Positions 49,804 through 58,700 of a DNA stretch of 64,000 bases are shown here, in pieces (within the stretch, counting starts at the first letter, position 1; every line of letters starts with the position of its first letter). The notes below the pieces were generated by a model that was not told the origin of the DNA, did no database searches, and saw only the letters and a program-made list of their open reading frames with translations. Origin of the DNA: Gammaproteobacteria bacterium (GTDB lineage Bacteria; Pseudomonadota; Gammaproteobacteria; Thiohalospirales; Thiohalospiraceae); contig WFVH01000092.1 of the NCBI GenBank assembly GCA_015491735.1, positions 1,838 through 65,837 of the forward strand, in the 5' to 3' direction. A program made the translations under genes and the position numbers.

Positions 49804-49811
49804 GAGCGATA

Positions 49812-50231
49812 TCAACCGACAAGCAGTACGGGGCAGGGAGCATCCTTGACAAGCCTGCGAACATTCACACGGTGCATTCCCACTCTCTCGCCTACTCCCA
49901 TGACAACCAGATCTGCACCGGATGCCGCGGCGACGGCCACGATTTCATCCTCGACTTCACCGACTGTCACCTCAAGAGAGATCGCCAGCCCTCTGTTATT
50001 TGCTGAAGAGACGAGATCGTCAAGAACAGCCCGGCCCTTTTTCTTCAGATCCTCGATAATCGTTGCCCACAACTGGTCTGAAGGGGGAACCAGCTCACCC
50101 TCGAACGATATCACTTTCAGCCCTACGAGCGCCGCCCCTTGATCGGTAGCGATATCGAAGGCCTTTTCCGCCGCGCTTATACAGGCGGGGGATCCATCAT
50201 AAGGAATCAAAAGCGTTTTGAATATCGACAT
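49812..50231 (-). CDS. universal stress protein (UspA family)
   Basis: MSIFKTLLIPYDGS… and C-terminal …DLVVMG…PCPVLLV motifs. The ATG at 50231 is preferred over the track TTG at 50255. Confidence 0.85.
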   Translation of the reverse strand: MSIFKTLLIPYDGSPACISAAEKAFDIATDQGAALVGLKVISFEGELVPPSDQLWATIIEDLKKKGRAVLDDLVSSANNRGLAISLEVTVGEVEDEIVAVAAASGADLVVMGVGERVGMHRVNVRRLVKDAPCPVLLVG

Positions 50232-50288
50232 GGTATTTCGACCTCTATTCGGCAATGACAGCCGCGCCCGTCCGGATGATCGGGGCGT

Positions 50289-50546
50289 CTACTCTTTTTC
50301 GGCGGGTACGGTGATAGTGGTGTGATCACTTTTCTCATCCGCTTTTTCTGCCTCTGTTTCGATGGCTGATTGAGGCTTGTCGAAGGTTACTTTTTTCTTG
50401 AACTCTACGGCCTGGCCCGAAAAGGCCATCGACAGCGCATAAATGCTGACCCCGATCGCAATGGATGCCTCGAAGAAAAGAAAGCCGACACCATATTTGT
50501 ACCACGGTTCATATTCATATGAGCCATCAGACTTGGATTTTCCCAT
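50289..50546 (-). CDS. hypothetical small membrane protein
   Basis: 85 aa. GGAGG lies 8 nt upstream of the ATG. One clear TM segment (YGVGFLFFEASIAIGVSIYALSMAF). Immediately downstream of the NarK-like gene. Confidence 0.6.
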   Translation of the reverse strand: MGKSKSDGSYEYEPWYKYGVGFLFFEASIAIGVSIYALSMAFSGQAVEFKKKVTFDKPQSAIETEAEKADEKSDHTTITVPAEKE

Positions 50547-50637
50547 GGTATTTACCTCCAGCTGGTTTGCTTGAAACTGATGTCAAGGTGTTACGCGGCA
50601 AATCGGCGCGATGGGCCAATGGCAGCGGCACAGCCGA

Positions 50638-51999
50638 TCACGCTTTTTTCCCCAGCCAGCTCTCCTTGCTGCCAAAACCGTGCTCTTCAGGATGAACATC
50701 CCAATGCATGGCCCAGATAAAATACATAATGAACGGGATGAACATGAATATGGCAACCAGTGCGTAGCCCCAATGAATACCGCCAACCTCGAACCATCCT
50801 GCCGCCTCTCCGTAGATGAGCGGGTAGATAATACCGCCGGCGCAGGAAACCCCTCCGATAAACCCGGTAGCGGTTCCAGGGCGCTCTCTGAACATCAGCG
50901 GAACGATGGCAAATGTTCCTCCCGTGCCAAAACTCACCGTTATACCGAATACCGCCAGGATGAGTACCGACAGCACAAGGTTGTTTTGCAGACCGGCCAC
51001 TGTCAACAAAATCATCGTAACGGTAATGGACACCAGTGCAAACATCAGCCAGTGAATCCTGGGCGCATATTCGAGTTTTTTGGAAATGAGTGGAAATGGC
51101 GTCCATCTGTTACGTTGCCACATGTCCGATATCCAGCCGGAAAACGGCCGGAACAGCGAGGCATTGAATGACTGGACAGCAGCGAAAGAGCCAGCAGCTA
51201 TCTGAACATCTTTGAGGCTTTCAAAACCAAGCTGCCGAATCGCTTCCTCAAAACCCATTTTGTAGTAGCCGGGCAGCCAGGCATTCATTCCGATTTCAAG
51301 GCCGAAGCACATGGCATAAGCAAGCATGAGGGCAATGGCTGCGTGGCGGGTCCATACGAAGGCTGTATCACGAAACGTTGCGGTCTTTCTGGCCATCGCT
51401 GCTTGCTCTACACTTTTTGCAGAGACGCCGCGCAGAAGGATCCATCCAGCGATGATAAAGGCGACGATGCCAAGATGAATAAAGGCGGTCTGATAGTCCA
51501 GCCCGTAGATCCGCGGTAACAGCAGGGCACCAACGCCGGCGCCCACGTTTCCGGTCCCGGCATAGAGTCCCTGGGCCGTACCCATCTCTTCGGACTCGAA
51601 CCATTGAGCAACATGCTGAATACCCACCACAAACGAAATTCCGGCCGTTGCTACAATCACCCGGGTCCAAAACAGGAACTGGTACTCTGTCAGGCCAATT
51701 GCGGGACCGAAGGTTTCCGCATAGGCCGACAATATACTGAATCCCCCGGTTATCACCAGAATCATGACGAAAGCCCTGGGAGCGCCAAACTTGTCTGCCG
51801 CCCATCCCGCCAGTGGTCTGGCTATGGGTGCCGTCCAGATAGCCGAACTGGCGAGCAGCGCCACCCCCTTGACACTGAGATTGAATTCAGAAGCGATAGT
51901 GGGAACAAATGCCGCACTGGAAAACCACAGCAGAAAGCACCAGAAAAATGCCACTGCCGCCATAATCAACTGCTCTACCTTGTGTGTTTTGATTGCCAT
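50638..51999 (-). CDS. narK: MFS transporter, nitrate/nitrite porter (NarK/NasA-like)
   Basis: 453 aa, 12-TM MFS with glycine-rich NNP-like signatures (GLYAGTGNVGAGVG and FGTGGTFAIVP). Adjacent to nosZ. Confidence 0.65.
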   Translation of the reverse strand: MAIKTHKVEQLIMAAVAFFWCFLLWFSSAAFVPTIASEFNLSVKGVALLASSAIWTAPIARPLAGWAADKFGAPRAFVMILVITGGFSILSAYAETFGPAIGLTEYQFLFWTRVIVATAGISFVVGIQHVAQWFESEEMGTAQGLYAGTGNVGAGVGALLLPRIYGLDYQTAFIHLGIVAFIIAGWILLRGVSAKSVEQAAMARKTATFRDTAFVWTRHAAIALMLAYAMCFGLEIGMNAWLPGYYKMGFEEAIRQLGFESLKDVQIAAGSFAAVQSFNASLFRPFSGWISDMWQRNRWTPFPLISKKLEYAPRIHWLMFALVSITVTMILLTVAGLQNNLVLSVLILAVFGITVSFGTGGTFAIVPLMFRERPGTATGFIGGVSCAGGIIYPLIYGEAAGWFEVGGIHWGYALVAIFMFIPFIMYFIWAMHWDVHPEEHGFGSKESWLGKKA

Positions 52000-52502
52000 T
52001 TTTATACCCCTGGTAGTAGAGATTTACCGAACCGGGCGTCACGATTGACGTGAGAAAAACAAACCACTTGGCACGCGATGAAAACAACAGGTCAATATCT
52101 GAACAGCGTGCGCGGATAGAACACCTGATGTCTTCTTATAAGAAAATGCACAGCCAATCGACAGATTGGGCAGCCGTACGCGCCTTTTCCTGCTCTGGAA
52201 CGAGTTTAACGACTGGCTGGTGGCAGTTGCAACACCCGGCGGCAGAGAAGATTAACCCCGAATACCACTTTGTCGGTATGGGGGGTACAGGAGCTATGTC
52301 TTTGATAAATAAAATAAACCCCAAAAAAACCACTCCAAATAAAGGGGTATTTGTTTGGTTTGTATTTTTGGGGGTATCCCCCCTGGTTCAGTCCTGTATG
52401 GAAAAGATGGAAATAGTAGACAAACAGTTTGACCAGAAAAACCCACACGCCATTGTTGCCGGATTTAATCGTTATTTTCCAAATATCACAACTCACACTG
52501 TT

Positions 52503-52862
52503 TTACTGCAGTACAAACGCCACCGGCACAACGAACTCCCGCTCCCGGCGGGGATCATTCTCCGGGATGGGAGGGAACCGATCGGCCCGCTGCGCCATTT
52601 CCAGCGCTGCTTTGTCCAGTAGCCGGTACGCCGTTTCAGCTTTATCTGCCGCGCCCTCCCTCGGAGAAATTTTCCACCAATGCACTGGTGCTGGCGTGCC
52701 CGGTTCTGACCTGTAACATTCTGCGCTGGATTGGACAGCAGGGACTAATGAAACGCTCATTTGATAAATGCTTCCAGGCGTGGGTGATATTTGATCGGTT
52801 ATATCAATGGCTGGCGTATGGATAGTGTGACTGAGCTGGTCAGCAGTCAGGAAGCTGCTCAA
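52503..52862 (-). pseudogene. TonB C-terminal-domain remnant or truncated protein
   Basis: The C-terminus LDKAALEMAQRADRFPPIPENDPRREREFVVPVAFVLQ resembles the TonB_C / TolA end. There is no N-terminal TM, no convincing start or Shine-Dalgarno, and a short out-of-frame ORF (MSSSHRKPPPGKTPV…) lies upstream. Confidence 0.3.
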
Positions 52863-53049
52863 GTACGGGTGTCTTGCCGGGCGGCGGTTTTCTGTGCGAA
52901 GAACTCATGAATAAGCCTTAAAATCATCAAAATACAAACCAGTTTTGCAACAAAGCAGTTGCGCATTCGCGCTCAACCATTTTCTGATCAACGAATTTGC
53001 ACTGCTTGCCGGGGATGTCGCTTTGATGAATTTAAATCACGGATTCAGG

Positions 53050-53895
53050 TTAACAGCAAGCGGCGGACAACAAGTGAAGAATACTGTCCAGACCACCCCG
53101 GTTAATCGCCACATCAGCCTGCTCCTGCACGGCAGGTTTGGCGCGATAGGCGACGCTCAACCCGGCCGGAATCATCATTTTGAGATCATTGGCGCCATCA
53201 CCCACCGCAACGGCCTGCCGCGGCTCGATATTCAGCTCCTTACAAAGCTGAATAAGGAAATCCCGTTTGGCATCCGCTCCGACGATGTCGCCGGCAATTT
53301 TTCCGGTCAAGCGGCCGTTGTCCACCGCAAGGACGTTGGCGAGGCTGAAATCCAGAGACAGGCGCTGTTTAAGGCGTTCGGTAAAATAGGTAAAACCACC
53401 CGACACCAGCGCTGTTTTGATCCCTCGCTGTTTCAGACCGGCCAGCAACTGCTCCGCGCCGGGATTGAGTTTCAGCCTGCTGGAATAGACCCTCTGCAAC
53501 ACCCCCTCGTCCAGGCCTTTCAGCAGGTGGACCCGCTGCATGAGGGAGTCGGCAAAATCCAGCTCTCCCCGCATTGCGGCCTCGGTCACCGAAGCCACTT
53601 CGGATTTCAGATTTGCGAAATCGGCAATCTCATCGACACACTCGATATTGATCAGGGTAGAGTCCATGTCACTGATCAGCAGCCGGATGCCGCCGGGGTC
53701 GAAGTCGGCCGGAACGGGATTGATGTCAAAGTGGAGCTGTTGCCGAAGTTGTATAAGTGCGGCAGCAGAAAGCGGCCGCTTGTGGTGCAACCGGTAAAAA
53801 TCTCCAAGGAACTCAAGTTCGCCGGGAACGGCAGCGGTTATCCGATCGACGGCAGAATCCGAAAGTGAAGGAGTATGTATGACAGAAACGGGCAT
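53050..53895 (-). CDS. serB: phosphoserine phosphatase
   Basis: HAD motif I ISDMDSTLI and a SerB-like core (…GGFTYF…VAVGDGANDL). Confidence 0.9.
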   Translation of the reverse strand: MPVSVIHTPSLSDSAVDRITAAVPGELEFLGDFYRLHHKRPLSAAALIQLRQQLHFDINPVPADFDPGGIRLLISDMDSTLINIECVDEIADFANLKSEVASVTEAAMRGELDFADSLMQRVHLLKGLDEGVLQRVYSSRLKLNPGAEQLLAGLKQRGIKTALVSGGFTYFTERLKQRLSLDFSLANVLAVDNGRLTGKIAGDIVGADAKRDFLIQLCKELNIEPRQAVAVGDGANDLKMMIPAGLSVAYRAKPAVQEQADVAINRGGLDSILHLLSAACC

Positions 53896-54094
53896 GCGCG
53901 TTGCTCAATATCGTAGTCCAGAGCAGATTATTCTACACTGCAAGGCAACGACTACAAATCAGGAGAGTCATTCACTGCTCCCCTGCCTCCTGCGCCAACA
54001 CCCGGGCGTTCAAAACGACTGTCCATAACCCCTCGCTCCCGCGCTCGGGGAATCGTGCCGTTCACGGCGCTGTGCGCCTTGTGAAATACACTTT

Positions 54095-54451
54095 TCAGGC
54101 CGGTGGCAGTGCCAAGGTTTTTTTCAGCTTGAGGATAGTGCGCTCACCGTCGGCATCGGCCACCACCAGGCTGGCCAGCCCCTCGGCCGCTTCATCCACT
54201 ACCAGCTCGACAGGCTTGTTCACCAGACGCCCGACATGCTTGTCGTTCTGGCTGACAAGTTCCACCGATACCACATCATCCTTGGGGTCGTAACCAATGC
54301 CCGCCAGCGTCGCCCATTCGGCCTCGATCTGGTCACCGATGTCCAGCCCGGCCACTTCGACTTCCGCCAGGCAGGCGCCCAGTTTCCTGCTGATGCGATT
54401 GAGATAGGTCTCCCAATCCCTCTTCTCGATTGTACGTATCGCCATCGTCAT
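54095..54451 (-). CDS. hypothetical protein (DUF5335-like by recollection)
   Basis: 118 aa. AAGGAG lies upstream of the ATG. Acidic soluble protein. The family assignment is tentative. Confidence 0.55.
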   Translation of the reverse strand: MTMAIRTIEKRDWETYLNRISRKLGACLAEVEVAGLDIGDQIEAEWATLAGIGYDPKDDVVSVELVSQNDKHVGRLVNKPVELVVDEAAEGLASLVVADADGERTILKLKKTLALPPA

Positions 54452-54556
54452 CTCTCCTTTCTCAGCTTATTGATGGTCGGTTCAGTATCAATATGGGGCC
54501 GGTATAAAGAGATTAAAGGGCTTTCATGAGCAGGGCGTGCCCCCTGTCAGGCGCAC

Positions 54557-54581
54557 AAAAAAAACGCCGCATGCGCGGCGT
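54557..54581 (-). terminator. intrinsic terminator downstream of cheR
   Basis: On the minus strand, GACGCCGC-GCAT-GCGGCGT is followed by T8. It lies ~30 nt after the cheR stop. Confidence 0.8.
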
Positions 54582-54611
54582 CAAACAAGGGGATATCAGA
54601 CGTTCGGCAAC

Positions 54612-55448
54612 TTAATCACAGCGCCGGTAGATGGCGTCACCCAGTGCTTCGAAGCGGTCACTGTAGGCCTCCACCCGATCCGATCTCCCTGCAAACAGAT
54701 AGCCTCCCGGCTGCAGGCTGTCCGCCAGCCTGTCGATCAGGTATGCGCGTTTTGGTATTTCAAGATAGGTTAAGGTATTACGGCAGAAAATCGCGTCCTG
54801 TGGCTCGGGCGCTGTCCAGTCCGACAACAGGTCGAGCCGCCTGAAAGCAACGGCTTGCTGCAGGGCAGGAGAGATCTGGACATACTCCTCGTTGCCGATC
54901 CGCAACGACCGGAACCAGCGAAGCAGATGGCGGGCCGGCAGATGGCGCACCTGCGCCAGGGGGTAGACCCCTTTCATTGCGTGGGAAAGCATCTCCGCGT
55001 CATAATCCGTGGCCATCACCATGACGTCCCACTCCGAGTTATCGGCAAGCGCTTCGAGGGCCACCATCGCCAGGGAGTATGCCTCTTCACCGGTCGAGCA
55101 GCCGACCGACCAGAAGCGCAGCTCCTGTTCAGGTTTTTTTGCCAGCTCTGGAAGTAGTGTATTGGTAATAAAGCGAAAGTTTTGCTTGTCGTGGCAAAAT
55201 GTCGTGTAACTCAGGGTGGCGGCATTGATCAACCGGAGCAGTTCGGTGCTGTCCTGCTCGAGATACTCTCTGTAAACGTCAAAGCTGCCCGAGTGAAGTT
55301 GATACATGCGGAGTGAAATGTAGTCCAGCAGTGACCGCCGGCTCGATTCGGCAAGCACGATCCCCACGCTATCCAGCACCACTTGCTGCAGTATCTCGAA
55401 CTCGTCGTCAGCCAGCGCATTCTGGCTCATCCCCTCATAGCTGAACAT
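54612..55448 (-). CDS. cheR: chemotaxis protein methyltransferase CheR
   Basis: SAM-binding RFWSVGCSTGEEAYSLAM and a CheR N-terminal helical domain. The ATG at 55448 has AGGGG 5 nt upstream. The track ORF extends to TTG 55481, which would be leaderless relative to the sigma28 promoter. Confidence 0.88.
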   Translation of the reverse strand: MFSYEGMSQNALADDEFEILQQVVLDSVGIVLAESSRRSLLDYISLRMYQLHSGSFDVYREYLEQDSTELLRLINAATLSYTTFCHDKQNFRFITNTLLPELAKKPEQELRFWSVGCSTGEEAYSLAMVALEALADNSEWDVMVMATDYDAEMLSHAMKGVYPLAQVRHLPARHLLRWFRSLRIGNEEYVQISPALQQAVAFRRLDLLSDWTAPEPQDAIFCRNTLTYLEIPKRAYLIDRLADSLQPGGYLFAGRSDRVEAYSDRFEALGDAIYRRCD

Positions 55449-55491
55449 ATCTGCCCCTGCTTTCAAACGTTGAATCTGCAATCTATAACTG

Positions 55492-55518
55492 TTATCGGAA
55501 CCCTGAAATGAAACTTGA
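55492..55518 (-). promoter_or_regulatory. sigma28-type promoter of cheR
   Basis: Minus strand TCAAGTTT-N11-TCCGATAA (7/8 and 7/8 matches to TAAAGTTT-N11-GCCGATAA). Confidence 0.6.
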
Positions 55519-55521
55519 GGG

Positions 55522-55680
55522 GTAACTATTCAGCTCACCCCTGAAATCCGCCATTTCTGCGTTGAAAAATGGTCATTTACACGCGTAAACTCCCATTTTT
55601 CGCCTTGAACTGACGAATTTCAGGGGCAATCTGAACAGTTACCGGCCTGTTTCATACTATATACTATGCTGAATAGTTAC
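55522..55680 (+). mobile_element. MITE copy 8 (159 bp, canonical plus 7-bp internal duplication)
   Basis: TSD CTTGAGGG at 55514-55521 and 55681-55688. The tail has an extra ACTATAT repeat. Confidence 0.93.
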
Positions 55681-55769
55681 CTTGAGGGGAAATTTTTGTC
55701 ACGACTCGGCAAATGGGGTTATTAACCGACATATTTGGGTGCCGGATTGGATGATGGACTCTTTTCTCG

Positions 55770-58700
55770 TCAGGAAAAAAAAGCGGAAAGGCGCTTGACC
55801 GAAACCGGCCGGCAGGTGCCTAGCTGCTGGGCGAACAGGGAAACACGCAGCTCCTCCAGCAGCCAGCGGTACTCCTCCAGCACGGGGTCGGTACTGCCCA
55901 TGCCGCCGCTCTTCTTGTCGCTGCGCTGCAGATACTCCCGCCACAGGGGATGGAGCTGGCGCAGGTTGGCGCAATCCCGCTCTACGCCTCCCTGCAGCTT
56001 GTCCATGCGCAATCTCATGGCGGCCAGATAGCGCGGTATCTGCTGCATCCACGGCCAGGGGGTGCGGCTGACGAAGCCGGGATAAACCAGATGGGACAGC
56101 TGTTCGCGCAGATCGGCCACCGCGTGAATCCAGGCCGGCGATACCGCTCCATCGAGGCGTTTTGCCAGTGTATGATGTTCGGCCAGGATCGCCTCCAGCA
56201 GCTCGCAGAGCCGGTTGGCGAACGGTACCAACCCTCCCCGCGCCTGCTCCAGGCGCTGTTCGAAGGCGGCTGTATCGCGCGGTGGCGCAGAATCACCGAT
56301 AAACACCTGGTTGGTTACAGCGAACAGCAGATCCTGTTTCAGCTCATCGCAACGTCCGATGGAAGCATAGTGCATGCACATCGCTTGTGTGACCGGCAGC
56401 CTGTTGCGCAGATATTTCATTTTGCCGCCAAGATTCAGCATGAACAGCCGGCGCAGCCCGGCACGCATCGCCTCATCGGCCGTCCGGCGGGTGTCGTACA
56501 GCCGGATCGCTACCGACTCTCCCCTGTCCACCAGCGCAGGATAGCCGCGCAACCGCACCCCTGCCCGTTCGAACTCCACCACCTCCGGCAGTTCACCAAA
56601 ATCCCAGTGGATGATGCCGTCACGCTCCAGCGTCAGACGGGGCCGACAGGAGAAACTGCTCCGGGCATGACTGCCCAGCTTCTGCTGCAATGCGGTCAGA
56701 TCACGCCCGGCACCCAGCACCTTCCCCGCACTGTCCACCACCCGGAAGTTCATCCGCAGGTGAGCGGGCAGATCCTCCATCGGCCACATCTCTGCCGCAA
56801 TGCTTTCACCGCTGATTCTGCGCAGATGGGACGACAACACCTCCGTCAACGGGGCGTCATCGGCCGCCAACGCCTCAACGCAGGCCCGTGCATAATCAGG
56901 AACCGGTACAAAGTTGCGCCGCAGCGCCTTGGGCAGCCCCCGCAACAGGGTGGTGATCTTCTCCTCCAGCAATCCTGGCACCAGCCACTCGAACCGCTCC
57001 GGGCGGAGCTGGTTGAGCAGCTCCACGGGCACGGTGACAGTAACGCCGTCTTCGGCATGCCCTGGCTCGAACCGGTAGTTCAACGGCAGCCGCAGGCCGG
57101 CCACAGAGAGGGTGTCCGGAAATCGCTCTGCGTTGATGTGAGCCGCATCATGCAGCATCAGGTAGTCACGGGACAGGAACAGCAACTGCGGATTGTCCCG
57201 TTCCGCCCGTTTGCGCCACTGCTCGAAACGGGCGCCGGAGTATATCCCGGCGGGAATCCGCTCATCGTAGAAGGCGAACAGCGCCTCATCGTCCACCAGC
57301 ACATCGTGGCGGCGAGATTTGTGCTCCAGCCGTTGAATCTCTGTCACCTGCTGGCGGTTGTGCCGGAAAAAAGGCGCCCGGGTACGGTATTCCCCCTGCA
57401 CCAGCGCCTGCTGGATAAAGATTCGCCGGGACTCTTCCGCGTCGATGGGTCCATAGTTGATGCGGCGGCGCGGATGAATAATCAGCCCGTAGAGAGTGAC
57501 CTGTTCATATGCCGCCACCTGGGCCGGCCGCTTTTCCCAATGCACCCCGGAGTAGCTGCGTTTGACCAATGTGCTGGCCAGCGGCTCCACCCAGGCGGGA
57601 TCGATGCGCGCCACGACGTGGGCGTAAAGCCGGGTGGTCTCGATAAGCTGCGCCGCCATGATCCATTTGGGGCGCTTTTTGAACAACCCGGAGCCTGGGA
57701 AAATAGACAATTTGATATTGCGCGCGCCCTGATAGCGCGACTCATCCACCTTCACCGCAATCTGGCCCAGCAGACCGGCCAGCAACGCGCGGTGGATGGC
57801 GTCATACCCGGCGGCCTGCTGGTTGGGGCGCAGCCCCATTTCCCGCGCCAGGGTCAGTAGTTGGCTGTGCAGCTCGCGCCACTCGCGCAGCCGTACGAAA
57901 GAGAGAAAATGTTGGCGGCAGTAGCGGCGCAGCTTGTTCTGTGACAGGCGCCAGCGCTGTTCCTCGTAGTGTTGCCACAGGTTCAACAGGGAGAGAAAAT
58001 CCGACTGTTCGTCACGAAACCGGCGGTGGGCCTCATCGGCCTGCTGCTGCGCCTCCAGCGGCCGCTCGCGCGGATCCTGGATGGTCAACGCCGCGGCGAT
58101 AACAAGCACCTCATGCAGGCACCCCTCCTGCCCCGCCGCCAGAATCATGCGGCCGATACGCGGATCGATGGGCAGGCGCGCCAGCCGGCGGCCCAGGGGC
58201 GTGATGCGCCGCTCGCCATCCATTGCTCCCAGCTCCTGCAGCAGCCGGTAACCATCGCTGATCTGGCGTCTGTCCGGCGCCTCCACGAACGGGAACTGCT
58301 CCACCTCTCCCAGTCCCAGCGTGCTCATGCTCAGTATGACCGAGGCAAGGTTAGTGCGCAGGATCTCCGGCTCGGTAAACTCCGGGCGGTTGTCAAAATC
58401 CTGCTCTGAATAGAGCCGGATGGCGACACCCGCAGCCACCCGTCCGCAGCGCCCGCTGCGCTGGTTGGCGCTGGCGCGGGAGATCTTCTCTACCGGCAGG
58501 CGCTGCACTTTGTTACGGTAGCTGTAGCGGCTGATGCGGGCCAGGCCGGTGTCGATCACATAGCGGATCCCCGGAACGGTCAGTGAGGTTTCGGCCACAT
58601 TGGTGGCCAGTACGATGCGCCGCCCCTTGTGGCTGCTGAACACGCGGTTCTGCCCGGCTGCCGACAGCCGCGCGTAGAGCGGCAGAATCTCGGTGTGGGG

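Noticed and set aside
49771-50142. 123-aa plus-strand ORF starting [11 protein letters not shown].
   Set aside because: It starts at the same outward ATG inside MITE copy 7 and then runs antisense through the usp gene.
52285-52305. FNR-like half-site TTGATaaatAAAAT and other TTGA-containing motifs upstream of the NarK-like gene.
   Set aside because: The second half-site is poor (3 mismatches) and there is no palindromic symmetry comparable to the nosZ box.
52050-52622. 190-aa plus-strand ORF, and the 96-aa minus-strand ORF at 52206-52496.
   Set aside because: They lie in AT-rich DNA with homopolymer runs. They have no Shine-Dalgarno, odd composition and no motifs. This is more likely an intergenic or promoter region for the NarK-like gene.
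55486-55512. The sequence ATAACTGTTATCGGAACCCTGAAATG next to copy 8 looked like a degenerate extra MITE arm (similar to GTAACTGTTCAG…CCCCTGAAAT).
   Set aside because: On the minus strand the same bases form a near-consensus sigma28 promoter (TCAAGTTT-N11-TCCGATAA) in the right place for cheR. The MITE resemblance is partial and needs an indel.
55950-57860. 636-aa ORF on the plus strand.
   Set aside because: It is antisense to hrpA and rich in Arg/Gln/Pro/Gly, as expected for the reverse frame of a GC-rich gene.
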